The notes under the pieces: generated by a model
The model's input: only the letters and a program-made list of their open reading frames with translations
Told to the model about the DNA's origin: nothing
The model's database searches: none
Part shown: positions 40,105 to 50,993 of the stretch, piece after piece
Position numbering within the stretch: position 1 is the stretch's first letter
Layout of the letters: each line of letters starts with the position of its first letter
Position numbers and translations under genes: made by a program
Assembly: GCA_013697045.1 (NCBI GenBank)
Contig: JACCXJ010000080.1
Location: 1-56,475 of the forward strand
Length of the DNA stretch: 56,475 nucleotides
Source of the DNA: Gammaproteobacteria bacterium
Lineage (GTDB): Bacteria; Pseudomonadota; Gammaproteobacteria; JACCXJ01
Direction of reading: 5' to 3'

Positions 40105-42036
40105 GTGAACGATATGGCCAAAAATTTGGTGCTTTGGGTCGTCATCGCCCTGGTTTTGATGTTGGTTTTCAACAATTTCGGCCCGCGCCAGGGCACCAGT
40201 AGTCATATCGACTACTCGCAGTTCATCGCCGACGTCAAGAGCGGGCAGGTCGAAAAAGTGCGGATGGAAGACGGGACCATCCATGGCAAGATGAAGGATG
40301 GTGTGGCGTTTACGACCTACAGCCCCGAGACAAATAACGCGCCGCTCATCGGCCTCCTGCTCGATCACGGGGTCGAGATCGAGGCACAGCCGCCTGCTCA
40401 GCAGGGCGTGCTCATGCAGATCTTCATCTCCTGGTTCCCGATGCTCTTGCTCATCGCCGTCTGGATCTTCTTCATGCGCCAGATGCAGGGCGGGGCCGGG
40501 GGGCGCGGGGCCCTGTCGTTCGGCAAGAGCCGGGCGCGCCTCTTGGGGGAGGACCAGGTCAAGATCACCTTTGCCGACGTGGCGGGTGTGGAGGAGGCCA
40601 AGGAAGAGGTCGGAGAGCTCGTGGAGTTTCTACGCGATCCCGGCAAGTTCCAGAAGCTCGGCGGCAAGATCCCGCGTGGAGTGCTGATGATCGGCCCGCC
40701 GGGAACCGGCAAGACGCTCTTGGCCAAGGCCATCGCCGGGGAGGCCAAGGTGCCGTTCTTCACGATCTCGGGCTCCGATTTCGTCGAGATGTTCGTCGGT
40801 GTCGGTGCCTCGCGCGTCCGGGATATGTTCGATCAGGCCAAGAAACACGCTCCCTGCATCGTGTTCATCGACGAGATCGACGCGGTCGGCAGACACCGCG
40901 GGGCGGGTCTGGGCGGCGGCCATGACGAGCGCGAGCAGACCTTGAACCAGTTGCTGGTCGAGATGGATGGCTTCGAGGGTAACGAAGGGATCATCATCAT
41001 CGCCGCGACCAACCGGCCGGACGTCCTCGACCCGGCGCTGTTGCGCCCCGGGCGTTTCGACCGTCATGTGGTCGTGCCCTTGCCCGACATCCGCGGCCGC
41101 GAGCAGATCCTCAAGGTACACATGCGCAAGGCGCCGATCGCGGAGGATGTCAAGCCAACGATCATCGCCCGCGGGACGCCGGGATTCTCCGGGGCCGATC
41201 TCGCCAACCTCGTCAACGAGGCCGCGCTGTTCGCCGCGCGCGCCAACAAGCGGCTGGTGGAGATGGATGACTTCGAGAAGGCCAAGGACAAGATCATGAT
41301 GGGGGCCGAGCGGCGCTCCATGGTCATGACTGAGGACGAGAAGCGGTTGACCGCCTACCACGAGTCCGGGCACGCGATCGTCGGGCGCTCGGTGCCCTCC
41401 CACGACCCGGTCTATAAGGTCACGATCATACCGCGCGGTCGTGCCCTCGGGGTCACGATGTTCCTGCCCGAGCAGGACCGTTTGAGCTACAGCAAAGAGC
41501 GCCTGGAAAGCCAGCTCTGCAGCCTGTTCGGGGGGCGCGTGGCCGAGGAGCTGATCTTCGGTCTGTCGCAGGTGACCACCGGTGCGTCCAACGACATCGA
41601 ACGGGCGACGGATCTGGCGCGGAACATGGTGACGAAGTGGGGGCTGTCGGAGAAGCTGGGGCCCTTGGCCTACACCAAGGATGAAGGCGAGGTGTTCCTC
41701 GGGCATTCGGTCACCCAGCACAAGATGATGTCGGATGAGACCGCCCATGCCATCGACGAGGAGGTGCGGTCGTTCATCGAACGGAGCTATGGCCGGGCCA
41801 AGTCCATCGTCGATTCCAATAGGGACAAGCTCCACATGATGGCGGACGCGCTCATGAAGTACGAGACCATCGAGAGCGATCAGATCGACGACATCATGGC
41901 CGGCATTACGCCGCGTGCCCCGAAAGGTTGGTCGGAGGATGAGCGTCGTGGTCCCCCCAAGCCGGATGTGAAGACCACGACCCCGGAGCCTGGCAAGGCC
42001 GATGGGGCGATCGGGGGACCCGCCAGCCTGCACTAG
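40105..42036 (+). CDS. ftsH: ATP-dependent zinc metalloprotease FtsH
   Basis: [39 protein letters not shown] zinc site; 643 aa. Confidence 0.97.
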   Translation: MNDMAKNLVLWVVIALVLMLVFNNFGPRQGTSSHIDYSQFIADVKSGQVEKVRMEDGTIHGKMKDGVAFTTYSPETNNAPLIGLLLDHGVEIEAQPPAQQGVLMQIFISWFPMLLLIAVWIFFMRQMQGGAGGRGALSFGKSRARLLGEDQVKITFADVAGVEEAKEEVGELVEFLRDPGKFQKLGGKIPRGVLMIGPPGTGKTLLAKAIAGEAKVPFFTISGSDFVEMFVGVGASRVRDMFDQAKKHAPCIVFIDEIDAVGRHRGAGLGGGHDEREQTLNQLLVEMDGFEGNEGIIIIAATNRPDVLDPALLRPGRFDRHVVVPLPDIRGREQILKVHMRKAPIAEDVKPTIIARGTPGFSGADLANLVNEAALFAARANKRLVEMDDFEKAKDKIMMGAERRSMVMTEDEKRLTAYHESGHAIVGRSVPSHDPVYKVTIIPRGRALGVTMFLPEQDRLSYSKERLESQLCSLFGGRVAEELIFGLSQVTTGASNDIERATDLARNMVTKWGLSEKLGPLAYTKDEGEVFLGHSVTQHKMMSDETAHAIDEEVRSFIERSYGRAKSIVDSNRDKLHMMADALMKYETIESDQIDDIMAGITPRAPKGWSEDERRGPPKPDVKTTTPEPGKADGAIGGPASLH

Positions 42037-42070
42037 ACGCCCGCTCGACCGAAGTATGACGTCGGCCAAA

Positions 42071-42094
42071 CCCCCACCCCATGGTGGGGGTTTT
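42071..42094 (+). terminator. intrinsic terminator after ftsH
   Basis: CCCCCACC-CCAT-GGTGGGGG followed by TTTTGCTTTG. Confidence 0.8.
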
Positions 42095-42142
42095 GCTTTG
42101 GGGGTCGGATACACGCGCGCCGCGTCGCGCAGGGAGGTTCAA

Positions 42143-43501
42143 ATGAGCGATAGCAGCAGAATCCACTTCGGCACCGACGGGATCCGCGGGAAGGTCGGAG
42201 AGCCGCCCATTACGCCGGATTTCGTGATGAAGCTCGGCTGGGCCGCCGGCCGCGTCCTGGCGCCTTTGGGGGGTGGCCGGGTGCTGATCGGCAAGGATAC
42301 CCGTATCTCGGGCTACATGTTCGAATCCGCGTTGGAGGCGGGTCTGTCGGCCGCCGGTGTCGATATCCTGTTACTAGGTCCCATGCCGACGCCGGGGATC
42401 GCGTACCTGACGCGGACGTTCCGTGCCCAGGCCGGGGTCGTCATCAGCGCTTCCCACAACCCCTACGACGACAACGGCATCAAATTCTTCGGGAGCAACG
42501 GCATGAAGCTGCCGGATGAGGTCGAGGCGGCGATCGAGGAGGCGCTCGAGGCGCCGCTTGTGACCGTGCCCTCGGCCCATCTCGGCAAGGCGCATCGGAT
42601 CGACGATGCCGCCGGGCGCTATATCGAGTTCTGCAAGAGCACCATCGGTACCGGCAGTCACTTGAGCGGCCTCAAGATCGTCGTCGACTGTGCCCATGGG
42701 GCGACCTACGGCATCGCCCCCAGCGTGTTCGAAGAGCTCGGCGCCGAGGTCGTGGCCATCGGTATCGAACCCGATGGCCTCAATATCAACGCAGAGCGCG
42801 GCGCTACCCATCCCTCGGTGCTGCGAGATGAGGTCATCGCGCGAGGTGCCGATCTCGGCATCGCCCTCGATGGGGATGGGGACCGCGTGATCCTGGTGGA
42901 CCATGTCGGGGAGATCGTGGACGGTGACGAGATCCTGTTCGTCATCGCCCGCGAGCACCAGAAGAAGAACAAGCTGAACGGCTCCGTGGTCGGCACGCAG
43001 ATGAGCAATCTCGGACTCGAGCGGGCGCTCAGGACCCTGGGTCTCGACCTGAAACGCGCCAAGGTGGGCGACCGCTATGTGCTGGAGATGATGCAGAGCG
43101 GGGGATGGCGCCTGGGCGGCGAGTCGTCGGGCCACATCATCTGTCTCGACCTCACCACGACCGGTGATGGGATCGTCTCCGCCCTCCAGGTGATCGAGGC
43201 CATGATCGTGACCGGCCAATCCTTGCACACCCTCAAGGCCGGCATCCAAAAATTCCCCCAAAGGCTGGTCAACGTGCGCCTGCCGCGCGCCATCGAGGTA
43301 CACACGGAGCCGCGCGTGCAGAAGGCGGTCAGGGAGGCCGAGGCGGCGTTGCGGGATCGCGGGCGGGTGTTGCTGCGTCCTTCGGGGACCGAGCCGCTGG
43401 TACGCGTCATGGTCGAAGGGCCGGAGGGCGGCGAGGTGGACCGCCTGGCGGAATGGCTCGCCGGGGTGGTCGACGAGACCATCCGCTCGCTGGCGGCGTA
43501 G
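42143..43501 (+). CDS. glmM: phosphoglucosamine mutase
   Basis: AGGGAGG Shine-Dalgarno then ATG 42143. [20 protein letters not shown]...[17 protein letters not shown]. Confidence 0.95.
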   Translation: MSDSSRIHFGTDGIRGKVGEPPITPDFVMKLGWAAGRVLAPLGGGRVLIGKDTRISGYMFESALEAGLSAAGVDILLLGPMPTPGIAYLTRTFRAQAGVVISASHNPYDDNGIKFFGSNGMKLPDEVEAAIEEALEAPLVTVPSAHLGKAHRIDDAAGRYIEFCKSTIGTGSHLSGLKIVVDCAHGATYGIAPSVFEELGAEVVAIGIEPDGLNINAERGATHPSVLRDEVIARGADLGIALDGDGDRVILVDHVGEIVDGDEILFVIAREHQKKNKLNGSVVGTQMSNLGLERALRTLGLDLKRAKVGDRYVLEMMQSGGWRLGGESSGHIICLDLTTTGDGIVSALQVIEAMIVTGQSLHTLKAGIQKFPQRLVNVRLPRAIEVHTEPRVQKAVREAEAALRDRGRVLLRPSGTEPLVRVMVEGPEGGEVDRLAEWLAGVVDETIRSLAA

Positions 43502-43518
43502 CGTTTTCTCTTCCGGGC

Positions 43519-44340
43519 TCAGGCGTCGCGCAGGAGCTGGTTGATCGCCACCTTGGCGCGCGTCTTGGCGTCCACCCGCTTCACGATCACGGCGCAGTAA
43601 AGACTATAGCGCCCATCTGCGGAAGGCAGGTTGCCCGCAACCACCACGGACCCCGGCGGGATGCGCCCATAGCTGACCGTGCCGGTCTCGCGGTCGTAGA
43701 TCTTGGTGCTCTGCCCGATGTAAACGCCCATGGAGATCACCGCGCCGGCGCCCACGATCACACCTTCGACGATCTCCGAGCGGGCGCCGATGAAGCAATC
43801 GTCCTCAATGATGGTGGGTGCCGCCTGGATCGGTTCCAGGACCCCGCCGATCCCCACGCCGCCCGACAGATGGACGTTCTTACCGATCTGGGCGCAGGAC
43901 CCCACGGTAGCCCAGGTGTCGACCATGGTGCCGGTATCGATATAGGCCCCGATGTTGACGTAGCTCGGCATTAGCACCACCCCCGGCGCCACATAGCTGC
44001 CGAAGCGCACCGTCGCGGGGGGCACGATACGCGTCCCCCCGGCCTCCAGCTCGGCTTGGCCCTGATCGCGGTACTTGAGCGGGACCTTGTCGTAGAAGCG
44101 GCTGTGTCCACCCTCCATCAAACGGTTCTCTTCCAGCCGAAAGTACAGGAGCACCGCCTTCTTCAGAGTAGGGTCGACCACCCAGCGTCCGTCCTTCGGC
44201 TCGGCGACGCGGCGCCGGCCCGCATCCAGGTCCGCGATGCAGGCCTGCACCGCCGCTTTCAGATCCGGCGGCGCGTTCGCAGGTGTGAGCGCGGCGCGCC
44301 GCTCGAAGGCTTCGTCAATCATGTTCTGGAACGCGCACAT
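43519..44340 (-). CDS. dapD: 2,3,4,5-tetrahydropyridine-2,6-dicarboxylate N-succinyltransferase
   Basis: Start at [24 protein letters not shown] (aligns with E. coli [23 protein letters not shown]); hexapeptide repeats; 273 aa. Confidence 0.92.
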   Translation of the reverse strand: MCAFQNMIDEAFERRAALTPANAPPDLKAAVQACIADLDAGRRRVAEPKDGRWVVDPTLKKAVLLYFRLEENRLMEGGHSRFYDKVPLKYRDQGQAELEAGGTRIVPPATVRFGSYVAPGVVLMPSYVNIGAYIDTGTMVDTWATVGSCAQIGKNVHLSGGVGIGGVLEPIQAAPTIIEDDCFIGARSEIVEGVIVGAGAVISMGVYIGQSTKIYDRETGTVSYGRIPPGSVVVAGNLPSADGRYSLYCAVIVKRVDAKTRAKVAINQLLRDA

Positions 44341-44528
44341 ATCTAGTCTCCTGATCCACGGCCCTTTTGGGTCGCGGTCGATGTCGCTTTGGCGTCGGGT
44401 GCTCACGAACCGCGGCCTGGCCAGCGCCGCATCGGCCCACCCCGGGGATCTGATAGAATGCGCCGGGGCGGAGGACAAAGGTCGCGGGTGCGCCGTCGAC
44501 ATATGAGATCCCGAGCGCAGTCGATATC

Positions 44529-45596
44529 TTGACAGTTTTATTGTTGCCCGGCGATGGCATTGGGCCCGAGGTGGTGGCGGCAGGCGCCAGCGTCTTGGAG
44601 GCCTTGGTGGCCCGGCATGGGCTCCAGATCACTCTCGAACAGGGGCTTATCGGCGGCGCGGCGCTGGATCGCTCGCAACGCCCCCTGCCTGCCGAGACCT
44701 TGGCGCAGGCCAAGCGCGCCCAGGCGATCCTGCTCGGCGCGGTGGGCGGGCCCGCATGGGACCGGGTGGACGCCTCGCTGCGTCCCGAGAAGGGTCTGCT
44801 CGAGCTGCGCGCGGGGCTCGGTCTCTTCGCCAACCTGAGGCCCGCGACGCTTCATCCCGAGTTGGGCGGGGTTTCTCCGCTCAAGCCGGAGGTCGTCGAG
44901 GGGCTCGACATCCTCATCGTTCGCGAGCTTTGCGGTGATGTTTACTACGGCGAGCCGCGCGGCATCCGGGTGCTCGACGGCGGCGAGCGTCAGGGTTACA
45001 ACACCATGGTGTATCGCGAGGGTGAGATCCGGCGAATCGCGCGCGTGGCCTTCGATGTGGCCCGGCGGCGGCGGCGCCGGGTGTGCTCGATCGATAAGGC
45101 CAATGTCCTGGAGGCGACGCGCCTGTGGCGCGAGGTGGTTCAGGCCGTGGGGCAGGACTTTCCCGACGTGGAGCTGACTCACATGTACGTCGACAACGCC
45201 GCCATGCAACTGGTGCGGCAGCCCACGGCCTTCGATGTCATGCTGACGCCGAATATGTTTGGTGACATCCTCTCGGATCTGGCGGCCGCAGTGACGGGCT
45301 CGATAGGCATGCTCCCCTCCGCATCCCTGAACCAGGGCGCTTGCGGGCTGTACGAGCCCATCCATGGCTCGGCGCCCGATATCGCGGGCCGCGACCTGGC
45401 CAACCCGCTGGCGACGATCCTCTCGGTGGCCATGATGCTGCGTCACTCCCTCGGCGCGCAAGCGCTCGCGGAGCGTGTGGAACAGGCCGTCACCCGTGTC
45501 CTTCAGGGTGGTCTGCGGACCCGCGATATCCACGCACCCGGGACCACCGAGGTGGGCACCCGTGCCATGGCTGAAGCAGTCCTCAGGGAACTGTGA
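44529..45596 (+). CDS. leuB: 3-isopropylmalate dehydrogenase
   Basis: TTG start. [12 protein letters not shown]...[11 protein letters not shown]...NLRP...MLRHSL. Confidence 0.92.
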   Translation: MTVLLLPGDGIGPEVVAAGASVLEALVARHGLQITLEQGLIGGAALDRSQRPLPAETLAQAKRAQAILLGAVGGPAWDRVDASLRPEKGLLELRAGLGLFANLRPATLHPELGGVSPLKPEVVEGLDILIVRELCGDVYYGEPRGIRVLDGGERQGYNTMVYREGEIRRIARVAFDVARRRRRRVCSIDKANVLEATRLWREVVQAVGQDFPDVELTHMYVDNAAMQLVRQPTAFDVMLTPNMFGDILSDLAAAVTGSIGMLPSASLNQGACGLYEPIHGSAPDIAGRDLANPLATILSVAMMLRHSLGAQALAERVEQAVTRVLQGGLRTRDIHAPGTTEVGTRAMAEAVLREL

Positions 45597-45648
45597 TCCC
45601 AGAGAAGTGTGATTAGAGAGGGTCAAGCATGATGAAGGTCTGGGCGCG

Positions 45649-46671
45649 ATGAGCGGGCGATACAATGTCGCGGTGGTGGGGGCAACGGGGGCCGTCGGGG
45701 AGACCCTGCTGGCCATCTTGGAGGAACGCGAGTTCCCGGTGGCGAACCTGCACGCCGTGGCGAGCCGCCGTTCGGCCGGCGCAGAGCTCGAGTTTCGTGG
45801 TAAGACCGTGGTAGTCGAGGTCCTGGAGGATTTCGACTTCGAGGGTATGGATATCGGGCTCTTCTCCCCCGGTGCGTCCGTTTCGGCGATCTATGCCCCG
45901 AAAGCCGCCGCGGCGGGCTGCGTGGTGATCGACAACACCTCCCAGTTCCGCTACGAGCCGGAGGTGCCCCTGGTCGTGCCGGAGGTCAACCCGCACGCCG
46001 TCGCGGAGTACCGGAATCGCGGGATCATCGCCAACCCCAATTGCTCGACGATACAGATGGTGGTCGCGCTCAAGCCGCTCTATGACGCGGCGGGCATCGA
46101 ACGCATCAATGTCTGCACCTATCAGGCGGTGTCGGGCACGGGCAAGGAAGCGATCGAGGAGCTGGCCGCGCAGACGGCGTCGCTCCTGAACGGCAAACCG
46201 GTGGAGCCGCGCGTCTATCCCCGCCGGATCGCCTTCAATGTCCTCCCCCACATCGACGAATTCCAGGACAACGGTTATACCAAGGAGGAGATGAAGTTGG
46301 TGTGGGAAACGCGCAAGATCCTGGAGGACGATGCCATTGAGGTCAATCCGACCGCGGTCAGGGTACCGGTCTTTTACGGTCATTCCGAGGCCGTGCACAT
46401 CGAGACACGAGACAAGCTCGGGGCCGATGAGGCGCGCCGCCTGCTGCGCGCGGCCCCGGGGGTCGTCGTCGTGGACGAGCGCGCGGCCGGCGGCTATCCC
46501 ACGGCCGCGATCGAGGGCGCCGGGCACGATGCCGTTTACGTGGGCCGGATCCGCGAGGACATCTCACATGCGCGCGGCCTCAACCTCTGGATCGTGTCCG
46601 ACAACGTGCGCAAAGGGGCCGCCCTGAACAGCGTTCAGATCGCCGAGATCCTGGTAAAAGACCACTTTTAG
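45649..46671 (+). CDS. asd: aspartate-semialdehyde dehydrogenase
   Basis: YNVAVVGATGAVGETLL...IANPNCSTIQMVVALKPL...; 340 aa. Confidence 0.95.
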   Translation: MSGRYNVAVVGATGAVGETLLAILEEREFPVANLHAVASRRSAGAELEFRGKTVVVEVLEDFDFEGMDIGLFSPGASVSAIYAPKAAAAGCVVIDNTSQFRYEPEVPLVVPEVNPHAVAEYRNRGIIANPNCSTIQMVVALKPLYDAAGIERINVCTYQAVSGTGKEAIEELAAQTASLLNGKPVEPRVYPRRIAFNVLPHIDEFQDNGYTKEEMKLVWETRKILEDDAIEVNPTAVRVPVFYGHSEAVHIETRDKLGADEARRLLRAAPGVVVVDERAAGGYPTAAIEGAGHDAVYVGRIREDISHARGLNLWIVSDNVRKGAALNSVQIAEILVKDHF

Positions 46672-46848
46672 ACTATATTCTTATTGAGCTTTATCATCAT
46701 CGTGGTATATAGCGATTGCGCCCGCGCCGCGCCGGGAGACACAGCGCTTTCTCACCGTCCCCGCGGGTGTGGCGCACCCAGAGCGCGTAGCGCGCCGCGG
46801 CGCACCAGCGTCACCTTTAGAGACTAAAAGCGATAGAGATCACATACG

Positions 46849-49800
46849 ATGTACCGATTGGCCTATTGTCTGTCCCTCGCATTCCTTCTTCCCCAAGCCG
46901 CCGCGGCGCTCGGGCTCGGTGAGCTCAAGAAGCACTCGGAGCTGAACCAGCCGTTCCACGCCACCATCGATCTGGTCGACGCGAACGCGGAAGAGCTCGA
47001 CACGCTGCGGGTCAAGCTCGCCGATGCCGAACGTTTTCGGCGCGCGGGGATCGAGAGACCGAACGTGCTCTCGCAGTTGCGCTTCGAGGTCGTGGAGACC
47101 GGCTCGGGGCCGGACCATATCAAGGTCACCAGCCAGGCCCCCATCCAGGAGCCCTATCTCACATTCTTGATCGAGGTCAGTTGGTCCAACGGGAGGTTGT
47201 TCCGGGAATACGCGGCGCTGCTCGACCCGCCGGTCTACGATCGCGCCACACAGCGCACTACCCCGCCCCAGGGTCGGGCCCCGGATGTGGCCAGGCCCAC
47301 CGCGGCCTCCGGGCCGCCCCGGCGCCCGTCGTCGAGTGCCGCACGAGCCGCCATGGCAAGCCCCGGCAGCTACGGGCCGACGGTGCCCGGCGACACCCTG
47401 TGGGAGATCGCGCTCCGCGCCCGCTCGGATCGCTCCTTAAGCGTCCAACAGGTGATGATGGCGCTCCTGCGTGCCAACCCCGACGCCTTTTTCCAGGACA
47501 ACATCAATGCCTTGAAGGCGGGGGCCATACTGAACATCCCGGATGGCTCGGTGATCGAGGCGGTGTCGCGCCCCGAGGCCGTGGCGCTGACGGGCCGACA
47601 CTGGGCGCTCTGGGAGCAGTACCGGGGCCGTGTGGCGGGAACAACGGGGCGCGCACCGATCGGCCAGGTGGCGTCGACGGGGGAGGGCGGTGACCAGGCC
47701 ATTTCCCCCGGATCCGGCGCGGCCGCCGATGCCGAGCTCAAACTGCTCGCGGCCAATACCGTAGGGACCGGAGGCGTGAGGTCCGACGCCGGTGGAGACC
47801 CCGGGAAGCTCCGTAAGGAGCTGGATGTGGCGCAGGAGACCCTCACCAGCCAGAAGCAGGAGATCGGGGAGCTGAGCTCGAAGCTCGCCGAGTCGGATGA
47901 GATCATCAAGCTGTTGCGGCGCCAGATCGATGTGAAGGACGCCGAGCTCGCGAACCTGCAGGCCAGGGCCGCCGCGGCGTCGGCGGCTGGAATGCCAGAG
48001 GCGGCACCGGGTGCGACGCCGCCCACGGGGGTGCCGGCATCGCCGGCTCCGGAAACCGGGGCTGCTGTTCCCGCTGTGCCGGGCCAACCGGAGACGGCAT
48101 CTCCGCAAGGCGTCAATCCGGCACCCCCGGAGGCCGCGTCGCAACCCGAGGGGTCTGGGGAAGAGGCGCAGACGGGCGTGCCACTCGGCACGGGGGCCCC
48201 GGACACCGGTGCGGACGGTGCCAGGTCTGGCCCGGGACAGGCGCCGGACACGGGTACTACGGCGGGTGGTACGGATAATAATGCCGGCGCCGGCCAGGCA
48301 CCGCCCGCCGGCGGCGCATCGCCCGACCGCCCCACCACAGGGCTCCCGGAAGCCCCCCCGGCGGTCCCGGCCGAAACGCCATCCGCTCAGGACGGCGGGA
48401 TCCTCGAGGCCATTCCGAGCGGTACGATTACGTTGGGGATCGCCATCGCATTGATCCTGTTGTCGGTGGGCGTGGCGATGCGAAGGAAGCGGGCGGCCGA
48501 GGTGGCGCCGATCGATGAGGGTTTCCCGGACAGCGAGCCGCTCGCGGAGCCCTGGGACACGGCCGCGAGGGAAGGCCTCCCACAAGAGGAGACCATGGCG
48601 AAAGGCCGTGCCGTCGTCGGCGAGACCACGGGCCCGGTCACGGTGTTGGGGATCGCCGATACGGTACCGCCGGTGGCCGAGGCGGCGAACGAGCCAGAAG
48701 AAGAGGATCCGCTCTCGGACATCAACGTCTACCTCGCCTACGAGCGTTTCGATGAGGCCGAAGAAACCGTCAAGCACGCCATCGCCGGCAACCCGGACGA
48801 GCACAAGCTCAAGCTCAAGTTGCTCGAGGTCTACTATGCGGCGGGGAACAACGCGGCGTTCGAGCAGTACGCCCGCGTGCTGCAATCTGCGGTGCATGGA
48901 ACGGGTCCGCTTTGGCACAGTGCGCTGGCGATGTGGCAGGCCATGTCTCCCGAACGCGCGCTGTTCGCGCCGGCCACCGGCGGCGAGCCCATCTTTGCTA
49001 CGACGGCGCCACGGGAATTCATCGATATCAGCTCCACGAGTGCCGACACGCAAGCCCCGCCGCCGGCCGTAGGTCGAGAGAAATCGCTGCCGGCGACGAC
49101 CGCCGGTGGGCGGACGCTGGAGGTACTGGATTTCGACCTCACCGGTGTCGGTACCTCGATCACGCCCGATCGAGAGCGGGTCGTCGATATCTCCGCCGGC
49201 AACGAACTGGAATGGGACGGCAGCGGGCTCGTCGTGGACACCGCCCGGGCCACCCAGGGCGGTGGGGCGCCCATCGATCTCGGTGCGGGCGGCGTACGTG
49301 AGGAGAACAGTTCCGAGGTGCTGGATTTGACCGTAGGGGATGCACCGGGGCATTCATCCCCCGACGGTACGGTCACTGAATCCGCCGGTGTCATGTCGAC
49401 AGCCGACCGAACGGGAACCGCGTCGGCGACCGCCGAGCGGTTCGGCACGGCAACGGGGGCGGCCGCGACGGTCGATTTCGATTTCGGCGATGGGCCGGAG
49501 AAACAAACGCAGGATACGGGCGTGAGCGGCGCTTTGGAGGGAACCGGTGAGGTCATGTTCAACTTGGGAACGACCGCCGGCGAGGCGTCCACCCCGGCCC
49601 GGGTCGATACCTTACTCGGGGGCGAGACCATCGATCTGGAAGCCCCCGTATGGCCGAAGGCGCTTCTGGAGGCGGGGCGCGCGAGCGCACGCTCGACGCT
49701 TGCCGACGACCATCGTTTTTCGACGGCGCCCAATCGAGAGGAGCGAGACCGCGTCAAGGAAGACTCGGTGGAGTTCGACCTTGGCGAAATCGACCTCGAG

Positions 49801-50157
49801 GTGGTCGAAACCGGACCCCCAGAGCCCATCGAGACGGCGACCGTCGTGGATACCTTGGGGTTTGGGGGGCCCACCAGGGCATCCGTACCGCCGGCTTCCA
49901 CAACGCCGGCGTCCACCATCGACCTGTCGCTCGGCTCTCGGTTGGCTCTCGACCCGGGGGCACTCGAGCCGGGCGATGACGGCATCGGCTTGGACGAGGA
50001 CACGTCTTCCGGATCGGACGTCAAGCTCAATCTCGCCAAGGCCTATATCGAGCTCGGCGATGCCGAGGGTGCCCGTGCGATCCTTCAGGAGGTGACCCGA
50101 GAGGGCACGTCCGCAGAGCGGGATGAAGCCGCGCAGTTGCTGGCACAGATCGCTTGA
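46849..50157 (+). CDS. fimV: FimV/HubP family polar landmark protein
   Basis: Signal peptide, FimV N-terminal domain (LNQPFHATIDL...FLIEVSWSNGRLFREYAALLDPP), LysM (YGPTVPGDTLWEIAL), long acidic/Pro-rich spacer, TM, C-terminal motif DVKLNLAKAYIELGDAEGARAILQEV. leuB-asd-fimV-truA synteny. Confidence 0.9.
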   Translation: MYRLAYCLSLAFLLPQAAAALGLGELKKHSELNQPFHATIDLVDANAEELDTLRVKLADAERFRRAGIERPNVLSQLRFEVVETGSGPDHIKVTSQAPIQEPYLTFLIEVSWSNGRLFREYAALLDPPVYDRATQRTTPPQGRAPDVARPTAASGPPRRPSSSAARAAMASPGSYGPTVPGDTLWEIALRARSDRSLSVQQVMMALLRANPDAFFQDNINALKAGAILNIPDGSVIEAVSRPEAVALTGRHWALWEQYRGRVAGTTGRAPIGQVASTGEGGDQAISPGSGAAADAELKLLAANTVGTGGVRSDAGGDPGKLRKELDVAQETLTSQKQEIGELSSKLAESDEIIKLLRRQIDVKDAELANLQARAAAASAAGMPEAAPGATPPTGVPASPAPETGAAVPAVPGQPETASPQGVNPAPPEAASQPEGSGEEAQTGVPLGTGAPDTGADGARSGPGQAPDTGTTAGGTDNNAGAGQAPPAGGASPDRPTTGLPEAPPAVPAETPSAQDGGILEAIPSGTITLGIAIALILLSVGVAMRRKRAAEVAPIDEGFPDSEPLAEPWDTAAREGLPQEETMAKGRAVVGETTGPVTVLGIADTVPPVAEAANEPEEEDPLSDINVYLAYERFDEAEETVKHAIAGNPDEHKLKLKLLEVYYAAGNNAAFEQYARVLQSAVHGTGPLWHSALAMWQAMSPERALFAPATGGEPIFATTAPREFIDISSTSADTQAPPPAVGREKSLPATTAGGRTLEVLDFDLTGVGTSITPDRERVVDISAGNELEWDGSGLVVDTARATQGGGAPIDLGAGGVREENSSEVLDLTVGDAPGHSSPDGTVTESAGVMSTADRTGTASATAERFGTATGAAATVDFDFGDGPEKQTQDTGVSGALEGTGEVMFNLGTTAGEASTPARVDTLLGGETIDLEAPVWPKALLEAGRASARSTLADDHRFSTAPNREERDRVKEDSVEFDLGEIDLEVVETGPPEPIETATVVDTLGFGGPTRASVPPASTTPASTIDLSLGSRLALDPGALEPGDDGIGLDEDTSSGSDVKLNLAKAYIELGDAEGARAILQEVTREGTSAERDEAAQLLAQIA

Positions 50158-50220
50158 CCGTGTGTGGGCTTGACCATATGGGCTTGACCGTGTGGGCTTG
50201 AAGATTTGGGCTTGAAGGTG
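50151..50220 (+). repeat. 14-bp tandem direct repeats (4 full plus 1 partial copy) starting on the fimV stop codon
   Basis: cGCTTGACCGTGTG / TGGGCTTGACCATA / TGGGCTTGACCGTG / TGGGCTTGAAGATT / TGGGCTTGAAGGTG. TGGGCTTGA starts at 50165, 50179, 50193 and 50207. Confidence 0.9.
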
Positions 50221-50330
50221 CCCCCTGTGTCAGGTTTGGGCGGGTCTGTGACCCGGCGCGGGGCCTGCTCTCGATCCCTGCCGTGGGGCCCGCCTGGCGA
50301 TGGATCGTTCGCCAGGGCGGGCGGGGCGCA

Positions 50331-50993
50331 ATGCACCCCATCATCCGCGTGATCAGCTACCTCGTGGTCGCCGCGGGCCTGGCCCTCGGCGGGTGCGAGG
50401 CACTCTTCGTGGGCATCGCCATCCTGACCTTAGCACTACTCGGGACGCGCTCGCGCGACCTCCTCGCCGCGTGCCGGGGCGTGTGGGCACTGCGGTGGTT
50501 GTGGTGCTCCGTGTTCTCCGTCTACCTGGCATTCACGCCGGGCAACCGCATCCTACGGGGTTGGGCCGTCCCTTCCTTCGAGGGCGTGAACGAGGGCCTC
50601 GAACGGGTCGCCTCACTGGCTTTGATCGTCGTATATGTCGGCTGGCTGGTGCGCGCCACGGGCCGCGAGGAACTGGTGGGCGGTCTCTACGCGATCGCCC
50701 GTGGGGTCGGGATCTCCCGGCGGATCGCCGCGCGCTTGGCGGTGCGTACGCTCCTGGTTCTAGAGGCAGTGCCGCGCGTGCGAGCGACCCTGGCACGTTC
50801 GTGGGCCGAGCGTACCGGCGCGCGCGACCTGGTGCCGGCCCTCGCGTCGCTTCTGAGCCTGGCGGTCCAGGAAGGGGTGGTGGCCACGCCATCGACCGTC
50901 CGGATCGCGGTGAGCAGTGCGCTGCCGCCCCGGCAGTGGCTGTACCCAGCCGTACTCGCGACGCTGTTCATGGCCGTCCAGATGCCCCTGTGA
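50331..50993 (+). CDS. hypothetical polytopic membrane protein (weakly CbiQ/EcfT-like)
   Basis: MHPIIRVISYLVVAAGLALGG..., 5-6 hydrophobic segments. The stop overlaps the truA GTG (GTGA). Confidence 0.5.
   Translation: MHPIIRVISYLVVAAGLALGGCEALFVGIAILTLALLGTRSRDLLAACRGVWALRWLWCSVFSVYLAFTPGNRILRGWAVPSFEGVNEGLERVASLALIVVYVGWLVRATGREELVGGLYAIARGVGISRRIAARLAVRTLLVLEAVPRVRATLARSWAERTGARDLVPALASLLSLAVQEGVVATPSTVRIAVSSALPPRQWLYPAVLATLFMAVQMPL

Noticed and set aside
44505-44521. 17-nt exact match (GAGATCCCGAGCGCAGT) to the inner right part of the 732-921 element, located in the dapD-leuB intergenic region.
   Set aside because: No terminal repeat or other element sequence accompanies it. A single 17-mer match between two sites of a 56-kb GC-biased window is not far from chance expectation. 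It is noted as a possible fragment but not called.
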